A stretch of DNA of 64,000 nt from a virus. How positions within the stretch are numbered: position 1 is the stretch's first letter; each line of letters begins with the position of its first letter. The stretch covers positions 32,001 to 96,000 of IMG/VR virus record IMGVR_UViG_3300031134_000007; one strand, written 5' to 3'. Of this stretch, positions 57,285 through 64,000 are shown piece after piece. The notes under the pieces were generated by a model. That model saw only the letters and a program-made list of their open reading frames with translations. It did not search any database and was not told the DNA's origin. Made by a program: the position numbers and the translations under genes.

Positions 57285-57692
57285 TTATTGACAGATCGTA
57301 TTTTTGAAATACGGTTTAGTATGTGCATACACGGTTGGTGCAAATTCCACAGAATGGATTACGACGCCCCTAAGTCCAAGGACTGTCAACCGAATACGGA
57401 AATCGATTACTTCAGCGGTAACACGCGGTTTACGTAACCACGTACTGTGGTCTACATAGATACAAGTGCTTATGTATTCTAATACTTGTCGCTCAACGTA
57501 CTTACGTAAACGGGTGGCAATAAAGTTCATGCGATCAACGCGATCACCGATTGGCTTGAGGTTGACAATGGCCAGGTAATCATCGGGTTGGGTGAGTGCC
57601 GCACTGATCTCGTTCAGCAACCAGGTGACCTGGCTCACGAGTCGTGGTGGAGGAGTCATTACAAAGCGTATCCGTACTGAGGTAAAAAACAA
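57285..57692 (-). CDS. hypothetical protein (start uncertain)
   Basis: 135-aa ORF. Confidence 0.5.
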   Translation of the reverse strand: MFFTSVRIRFVMTPPPRLVSQVTWLLNEISAALTQPDDYLAIVNLKPIGDRVDRMNFIATRLRKYVERQVLEYISTCIYVDHSTWLRKPRVTAEVIDFRIRLTVLGLRGVVIHSVEFAPTVYAHTKPYFKNTICQ

Positions 57693-57746
57693 AAGTGCAA
57701 CATAAAAGAAGAGAGCGGTTTCCCACCCTCTTCCTTATTGTGTTGA

Positions 57747-58304
57747 TTATGCCAGCGCCGCGTCGTCAGGCATGCTGCCTTCAAGGGCGGCGAACAGACC
57801 CGCCAGATTCTTGAGTGAACACTGAATCAGTTCAGCGTCAACCGCACAATCACCTTTACGCGCATGGTTAATGGCGATGATGACTTTGTGGTTGCCGAAA
57901 AGTGGTTTCAGCTCATTCTCAAGAACAGACTTAAGGGTATGAATTTCGCCACCCGCAAAGTAGTAGTCGTTAGCCAGTTTGGCTTTCAGTGACGCGTGAT
58001 GAAAGACGCCACGTAAACCACCCAGCATGTGATACTGGTGAACCGGTATTTTAACCGTGTCAGCGATCTCTTCACCCGACTTCACATTGATGATGTTAGT
58101 ACGGATGGTTTGAAAGAGACCGTCTTCACTGTTGAAGCCCAGGTTGAAACGGGTGTTCACATCAAAGCTTTCCCGCCCGCCATGCAGTTTGATCTGATGA
58201 CGGATGTCCGACTCGATGTATTGTTTCAAACGGATTAGGTATTCTTCAGCATTGGTGGCCGCGAGTGCCCGCACGACAGCTTCTTGGATAATGGATTGAA
58301 TCAT
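57747..58304 (-). CDS. hypothetical early protein
   Basis: 185-aa ORF. Confidence 0.65.
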   Translation of the reverse strand: MIQSIIQEAVVRALAATNAEEYLIRLKQYIESDIRHQIKLHGGRESFDVNTRFNLGFNSEDGLFQTIRTNIINVKSGEEIADTVKIPVHQYHMLGGLRGVFHHASLKAKLANDYYFAGGEIHTLKSVLENELKPLFGNHKVIIAINHARKGDCAVDAELIQCSLKNLAGLFAALEGSMPDDAALA

Positions 58305-58391
58305 GGATGGTGGACCTTTGAATTTATAATTGGTTGTTAATACTCAACCCCTGAGCAGAGTATTGGCTTGACGAACTTAATCGTCATAACA

Positions 58392-58475
58392 TCATTTTAC
58401 GTTACAGACAAACATCAGGGTTAAACCGATAATGGTCACCATCAGGATGCCAAGATTAACGAGTGAATTGTTCAT
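58392..58475 (-). CDS. 27-aa hydrophobic microprotein MNNSLVNLGILMVTIIGLTLMFVCNVK
   Basis: GAGGA RBS; first ORF after the promoter at 58533; not in ORF track. Confidence 0.55.
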   Translation of the reverse strand: MNNSLVNLGILMVTIIGLTLMFVCNVK

Positions 58476-58532
58476 CAGATTATTCCTCACATGTAAAGTA
58501 TTACATTTGTTTTCAGCTGAAAACTCACCATA

Positions 58533-58540
58533 GTGATATA
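58533..58540 (-). promoter_or_regulatory. early promoter variant TATATCAC
   Basis: GTGATATAGGT on plus; divergent from the helicase. Confidence 0.6.
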
Positions 58541-58596
58541 GGTTTAAAATCTGATGGAAATTGTATGTTATTCAACTATTAAAACAGGAACTACTT

Positions 58597-60729
58597 ATGG
58601 CTCTCTTTGACCGCGTTAAAGGGATGCTTGGGATCATCAGCGTTCGGGAACAGAACGGCTTAATCACGATCTCTGGCACACCCTCGCGTTTTATTCAGTA
58701 CGACATCGATAAACTGTGGGGCACTTCCAAGATTGCCAAATACATGTTTAAGAACGTGAAACCCAGCGAATTCTCGTTCCACAGTTTCTTTGCGTTGGAA
58801 GTGGTGTACATGTTCGAGAAGATGATCAATGACAAAACCCGTTACTGCAGTCGTCGGGTGTTGATTCGTATTGTTGAACTGATTAAAGAAAACACCTGGA
58901 TGAACGACATCGATGAGAACTGGGCTGACATCATCGACATCAATCGCACCAAACCTATCAAGTTTCCCCTGCTCCCCAGTCAGCGCGGGTTCTTGCAGTA
59001 CTATAACTACACTAAGCCGCGTTACCGGTTAAAAGGTGCGTTGTACGCCGCGGATCCCGGTGCCGGGAAGACCATCGGTGGGATCGCCACCATGTTTGCC
59101 CGTGACCTGGACTACGTCTTTGTCATCTCGCCAAAGAAAGCCATTTACGACGTTTGGGAGAAAACCCTCAAAGAAAGTATCAATGGCAATCAGACGACCT
59201 GGGTGGCCGATAGCAACACGGCATGTCCAAAGGGTACCAAGTGGATGATCTTCCACTATGAACGCCTAGGACAGGCTCTGGAGATGGCTAAGAGCCTACG
59301 GTTACCGAATGTGGGGATTATCCTCGACGAGTCCCACAACCTGAACATGAAATCAAAGGAATCGATTCGTACCGCAACCTTTGACGAACTGTGCGTCGTT
59401 TCCAAATCCCAGGATGTGGTGTGGCTCTCTGGTACCGCACTGACTGCCATGGGGTCTGAAGCCATTCCGTTGTTCCGCTCCTTAATCCCAGACTTCAACA
59501 GTGACGTTGAATTTGCCATGCGTAAGATCTGGGGCAAAGTCGGGGGCAAGGCAAACGACATCCTGGCAAACCGTTTGGGAATTGTGAGCTTCTTGGTGCC
59601 TAAGGAAAGCTTCATGTCTGACAAGCCGGTCGAAGACACGAAGAAGGTGAAGATCCCCAATGGTCAACGTTATACCCTGGAGGCGATTCGCACACTCATG
59701 GTGTCCTTTATTAAGGAACGCTTTGAGTACTACACCAAGAACCGGCCGGTGTATCAGCAGATCTACGACGACGCAATGATCGCCCACCGTCGTGACCTGC
59801 GCACGCAACAGGACCACGAAGCCTTTAAGAAGTACCAGGCGAACGTGGCAATGTTCCAGAAGTACGGTTTTGACCCCCGCACCATGTCAGACGAGTCCAA
59901 GTACTGTAACGATTACGAACTCAACGTGATCATCCCATCGTTGCCGGATTCGTTGAAAGCACCGTTCAAGGATGCCCGTTCGGTGATCAAGTACGTGGAC
60001 CTGAAGATTAAAGGTGAATGTCTGGGTCGGATACTGGGCAAGGAGCGTACGCAATGCCACATCGACATGGTCGCACACATTGACTTCCAACAGTACATCG
60101 ACAACGCCACGAAGAAGACGTTGATCTTTACGGACTTTGTCCCGGTGCTGGAAGAGGCTCGTCGGGTGTGTATTGAGAAGGGGTATAACCCGGTGGTGGT
60201 CTACGGTGACACGAACAATGAATTGGTGAGTATCATCAAGGATTTCCGTAGTAACGTTGACATTAATCCACTGGTAGCAACCTTCCGCTCACTGGCAGAA
60301 GCTGTGCCTGTAACGGAGGCCAACAACGGAATGATGTTGAACAAGCCTTTCCGTTTCCATCATTACAAGCAAGCTGTGTCCCGTATGCACCGCATCGGTC
60401 AGGACGAAACGGTTTACATCAACAACTTCGTTCTGGATACCGGGAATGAGCCGAACATCTCCACCCGCTCAGAAGACATCATGAACTGGTCTCGTGACCA
60501 GGTCGATCAGCTGATGGGGTATGATCGTTACGGTTCAACGGTCAATGTGCCAGAGGTTGCTGACGGGATCGGACTGGAAGCGCTGGATGAACCACCGTTT
60601 GACCCGGACGAAGGATTCCTGTCCAGTGGTAACGAAGCACTGTATAACTTCATGGAGGCAGAAGGGTTTATTGTCGAAGAGTTACCGACGGCCATTAAAC
60701 CACCACGCTCTAAAGCCATGAACTGGTAA
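58597..60729 (+). CDS. SF2 (SNF2-like) helicase
   Basis: ADPGAGKT, ILDESH, LSGT, QAVSRMHRIGQ; ATG 58597 has an AGGA RBS. Confidence 0.9.
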   Translation: MALFDRVKGMLGIISVREQNGLITISGTPSRFIQYDIDKLWGTSKIAKYMFKNVKPSEFSFHSFFALEVVYMFEKMINDKTRYCSRRVLIRIVELIKENTWMNDIDENWADIIDINRTKPIKFPLLPSQRGFLQYYNYTKPRYRLKGALYAADPGAGKTIGGIATMFARDLDYVFVISPKKAIYDVWEKTLKESINGNQTTWVADSNTACPKGTKWMIFHYERLGQALEMAKSLRLPNVGIILDESHNLNMKSKESIRTATFDELCVVSKSQDVVWLSGTALTAMGSEAIPLFRSLIPDFNSDVEFAMRKIWGKVGGKANDILANRLGIVSFLVPKESFMSDKPVEDTKKVKIPNGQRYTLEAIRTLMVSFIKERFEYYTKNRPVYQQIYDDAMIAHRRDLRTQQDHEAFKKYQANVAMFQKYGFDPRTMSDESKYCNDYELNVIIPSLPDSLKAPFKDARSVIKYVDLKIKGECLGRILGKERTQCHIDMVAHIDFQQYIDNATKKTLIFTDFVPVLEEARRVCIEKGYNPVVVYGDTNNELVSIIKDFRSNVDINPLVATFRSLAEAVPVTEANNGMMLNKPFRFHHYKQAVSRMHRIGQDETVYINNFVLDTGNEPNISTRSEDIMNWSRDQVDQLMGYDRYGSTVNVPEVADGIGLEALDEPPFDPDEGFLSSGNEALYNFMEAEGFIVEELPTAIKPPRSKAMNW

Positions 60730-60769
60730 GTCAGTAAGACAGGGATGTCATCTACATAGCGAGGGTCTT

Positions 60770-61891
60770 ATGTTAGAAATGCTTGTAGGGGGTGGGGGTA
60801 AACCTTACTACCCGAAATCAGGACCCGGACCGAAGTCTCTTCAGTACGGCAACGAGCAAGCGGGTTACTTTGGTACGGTAGCCCAATCGCAGCTTTTCAC
60901 CCCCACCGAAATTTTCAATCAGTTGAACATCCCACTGTTAGGTCCGTCACTTGACGCCAGTATGCTGTGGGGTAAGTTCTATTACCAGGGGACCATTGTT
61001 TATATTCCAACCCGACCGGTTAACACTACTGCCCAGGTATTCAGCTGGGAGTCGTTATACCAAATGGGTTTGGTGTACGGAACAGACAACGACGGGGCTT
61101 ATCCTTCACCGGTATCGGCACCCTATAACCAGCGTACACTTATTGTGAAAAAGCTGGAGAACAAAGTTGCGGGCTTTAAAGTGCGACTGCCGAGTGCGGG
61201 AAACACCGACCCCATGACAGCAACGTTATCCGCAGCGGGTGAGTTCAGTGTGTTGCTGAGCAACATCATTGCGTTGGGTGTGGGTGCTGGCACAGGGAAA
61301 TGGGACAGTTTAGACACCACGGTGTTTAATAGCACGTCCTACGAACTGTCACTGACCTCGCTTTTAAACAGCACCACGTCTGCATTGTACGGTCGTGGCC
61401 TTACCAGCAATCCAGGGCAGTATTCGTACAGTAATCTATCAAAGACAGGAACCGCCGCCGCCATTTTGTGGTGGCCTGTTTTGCAATATATAAATCCCGA
61501 TGAAAACTTGCTCGATTTGATCAACTTTACTACCCAGTTACCGCAGCCAATGGCGGTGGATATGTTACAAACCACCGGCGAGTCAACCGGCGGTATTCTC
61601 AACGCGTTTAACGTAACGTCGTCACCTGTTGCTAAACCGGCACAGGCCTCGGCAACGTACACTGCAGTGGTTTCACCGGTTAACCTTTATCCGTCTGTTG
61701 CAGGTCCTGCACCGCGGGTAACAAAAGTCACTGCCGAACCACTCCAGGGACCCGTCAACATTGTAGTGAGTCATGTCGACCCCACCCCGGTCCTGAAGGT
61801 TGATAACCCGATGACTGTGTTTAACCCGTTTGCACCGACAGTGCGTTATGAACCTAAACCACTGACCGGTCTGAAACTCGCCGACCAATAG
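60770..61891 (+). CDS. virion/tail-appendage paralog family member 1
   Basis: GPGP..L.YG....GYFG.V, WGKF, WWPVL shared with the downstream genes. Confidence 0.65.
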   Translation: MLEMLVGGGGKPYYPKSGPGPKSLQYGNEQAGYFGTVAQSQLFTPTEIFNQLNIPLLGPSLDASMLWGKFYYQGTIVYIPTRPVNTTAQVFSWESLYQMGLVYGTDNDGAYPSPVSAPYNQRTLIVKKLENKVAGFKVRLPSAGNTDPMTATLSAAGEFSVLLSNIIALGVGAGTGKWDSLDTTVFNSTSYELSLTSLLNSTTSALYGRGLTSNPGQYSYSNLSKTGTAAAILWWPVLQYINPDENLLDLINFTTQLPQPMAVDMLQTTGESTGGILNAFNVTSSPVAKPAQASATYTAVVSPVNLYPSVAGPAPRVTKVTAEPLQGPVNIVVSHVDPTPVLKVDNPMTVFNPFAPTVRYEPKPLTGLKLADQ

Positions 61892-61899
61892 AGGTAGCC

Positions 61900-62811
61900 A
61901 TGGCAATTAAATTAAGTTGGACCAACCGTAACACCCAGCCCATCACTACGTCAATCTACCGTGGCGACACGCCACTGGATCGCAATAACTTGGGCACCCC
62001 ATTGGTGGTTCTGTCCAACAACGAAACCAGCTGGGTTGATGCCACTGCGGCGCAGGGTAACACGTACTACTACGTATTCAAAACCAGCAATGGCAGTGAA
62101 ACCATTACTTCACGTAACCAAAAGCAACAGGCGGCTGAAACCCGCGGTCCGGGTTCGAACGTGTTCCAGTATGGTGACCGTGAACTGGGCTTGTATGATG
62201 TTATCGGTGCGGATATGTTTATCAGTGCCGCTAACCTTAATACCTTGGTGGGTGGCGCAGTATCTGCCATTGTTGCGAATACCAGCTGGTACAAGTTAGC
62301 CCGTAAAGGCAAAGTGTTTATGGTGCCAGAGCGTGTTATTGGGTATACCACCTCGTATAACGCCCTGAACGCATTGGGATTGGTCACGGGCAAAACGGTA
62401 CAGATCAACGGCTTTACCTGGAAGGTGCGCCTCATGCGCGGCTGGCGTGAAGCTGACTCTACCGTGCCGTTGCCTTCTAACGCCTTGAACACGTTCGATA
62501 CTGCAACGTACAGCCAAACCTGTGAGTTCAATGATTTTGTATATCCGATGTGCGCACCCACACCTGTTACGCAACGCCTGCCTAACTGGTCACAAGTCGG
62601 GGTAGCGGCACTGTACTCGAGCTACGGTAACTACGTATTGATGCAGGAGCTGAGTGCCGAAGGCGACCGCTGTTTTGTACGGCTTATTTCTGGGATCGGT
62701 ACCAATGAGCGTACGAAGCTTTCAGCCGGCTCTGTGACCCAGACCGTCGTGCCGGGTACGTCGAACACAAACGTTGGCTGGTGGCCGGTGTTAGAATTGG
62801 TGGAGGTGTAG
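61900..62811 (+). CDS. virion/tail-appendage paralog 2 with FN3-like N-terminus
   Basis: LSWTN..IYR...YYYVF; GPGS...YG...GLY; WWPVL. Confidence 0.65.
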   Translation: MAIKLSWTNRNTQPITTSIYRGDTPLDRNNLGTPLVVLSNNETSWVDATAAQGNTYYYVFKTSNGSETITSRNQKQQAAETRGPGSNVFQYGDRELGLYDVIGADMFISAANLNTLVGGAVSAIVANTSWYKLARKGKVFMVPERVIGYTTSYNALNALGLVTGKTVQINGFTWKVRLMRGWREADSTVPLPSNALNTFDTATYSQTCEFNDFVYPMCAPTPVTQRLPNWSQVGVAALYSSYGNYVLMQELSAEGDRCFVRLISGIGTNERTKLSAGSVTQTVVPGTSNTNVGWWPVLELVEV

Positions 62812-62812
62812 C

Positions 62813-63730
62813 ATGGCAATCACTGCTAACTGGACAGCTGTATCGGGTTCCACCGGTTATAAGCTGTATCGTCAGGCTGGTGCAAAAGTTGACCTCACTA
62901 ATCTGCCAGCCGATGTCGTGTCCGTCGCCGCGGACAAAACCACGTATCAATACCCTACGTCGGTGAGCAACACTCTCTACTACGTGGTGGTGGCCTCAAC
63001 AGATGCTAATGGGCTGGTGACGTTCTCTGATCAGATCATGATCGGTTACTATCCTGATACCGGGCCTGGGCCGTCTACGCTGCTGCGGGGTGATTGGTCA
63101 TTCGGTTTCTTTGGTGAAGTGGCGGTGACCGATGTGGCCTCACCTAACGAGATTTATGCATCAGCCTACGCCTTAAAGGGGTCGAGTGCGTTATCACCAC
63201 AAAACGCCTGGTCGGTGTATTATAAGTGTATTGTGGCAGGGCGTATCATCTTCATTCCTGATAATGCATATGCTAACAACGGACCCACCTTTGAAACCCT
63301 TCGTACCGCTGGTTTTGCGTTAGCAGATTACAGCTATGAGGCTAATGGTGTCAAGGTTGCGCGTAATGGGTTTGAGTTTGTGACCCGTGTTGCCCACGCA
63401 ACTGCCGGTCCGTTGACAACCATTATCGCTGATCCAACAAAGGCCACGGACGACATCAGTCGTTCTGAACTGGGTATGTTCATAGCGCTGTTTGGTGGTC
63501 CTAACGCGCCAGGTGCAGTTCCTGCCGTTGCAGGTAATGTACCATACACCAAATACAGACTGGGTGATTACGCAGTATCGACATACCAAAACACGCTACC
63601 CACCGACACCTTTATTAACGCCCAGGGTTCAGGGGTGGTTGCTGCCGCGGCGGTCTCCTCGGCAACGGTATCAACGATTACAACCGCCACGTCGTCACGC
63701 GCTAACCTTGTTCTCGAACTGCTGTTCTAA
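62813..63730 (+). CDS. virion/tail-appendage paralog 3 with FN3-like N-terminus
   Basis: NWTAVSG.TGYKLYR...YYVVV; DTGPGP..L.RG...GFFGEV. Confidence 0.65.
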   Translation: MAITANWTAVSGSTGYKLYRQAGAKVDLTNLPADVVSVAADKTTYQYPTSVSNTLYYVVVASTDANGLVTFSDQIMIGYYPDTGPGPSTLLRGDWSFGFFGEVAVTDVASPNEIYASAYALKGSSALSPQNAWSVYYKCIVAGRIIFIPDNAYANNGPTFETLRTAGFALADYSYEANGVKVARNGFEFVTRVAHATAGPLTTIIADPTKATDDISRSELGMFIALFGGPNAPGAVPAVAGNVPYTKYRLGDYAVSTYQNTLPTDTFINAQGSGVVAAAAVSSATVSTITTATSSRANLVLELLF

Positions 63731-63745
63731 TAGGAGGGCTTTACC

Positions 63746-64000
63746 ATGGGTGTAAAACTCACCTGGCAGAATCGTGGTACCGTGCCACTGGATTCTATTC
63801 GCATTTATCGTTCAGCCACCAAAACCGGTGATTTGGTATTGATTGACACCATCGCGGGCAGTGCATTGACGTATGAAGACACCACCATGCCAACCACTAA
63901 CCGGGTTTATTGGTATGTCGTTGCTTCGGTATTGAACGGCAATGAAACGTTGGGTGCTCGCACACCACTGGGTCATTTTCCCGACACTGGGCCTGGGCCG
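63746..64000 (+). CDS. virion/tail-appendage paralog 4 (3'-truncated)
   Basis: AGGAGG RBS; MGVKLTWQN...IYRS...YWYVV...FPDTGPGP, open to the window end. Confidence 0.65.
   Translation, partial: MGVKLTWQNRGTVPLDSIRIYRSATKTGDLVLIDTIAGSALTYEDTTMPTTNRVYWYVVASVLNGNETLGARTPLGHFPDTGPGP

Noticed and set aside
1-64000. Stop-codon reassignment or tRNA genes
   Set aside because: Core genes are full length under the standard code; no tRNA cloverleaf seen in the gaps

Overview
A 64-kb segment of a phiKZ-like jumbo myophage (Chimalliviridae-type). The gene order resembles what I recall for Salmonella phage SPN3US and Erwinia jumbo phages; the exact phage and host cannot be named from the sequence alone. 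Core genes: terminase large subunit, tail sheath and tube, prohead protease, four split virion RNA polymerase subunits, a modular endolysin, a 2207-aa tape-measure-like protein with a GH19 muralytic domain, UvsX/RecA, RNase H, an SF2 helicase, and the start of a paralogous virion/tail-appendage gene array. Two minus-strand accessory blocks (about 11.7-17.8 kb and 51-58.5 kb) lie downstream of phiKZ-type TATATTAC early promoters. Best leads: (1) a Macro-NADAR-SLOG triple fusion beside a second SLOG gene, plus a separate ART-like ORF, suggesting an ADP-ribose counter-defence toolkit; (2) an early array of small membrane-protein genes each preceded by an identical 11-mer CCTTAACCTGT joined to its RBS, including microgenes missed by the ORF track; (3) a dispersed CGGCATAA...TTATGCTG-closed hairpin family; (4) a 49-nt inverted repeat with face-to-face TATG late-promoter cores upstream of the sheath gene; (5) a 19-aa cationic microgene between two hairpins. 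No tRNA, CRISPR array, intron or integrase was seen. phiKZ/SPN3US gene numbers come from recalled synteny and motifs, not database searches.
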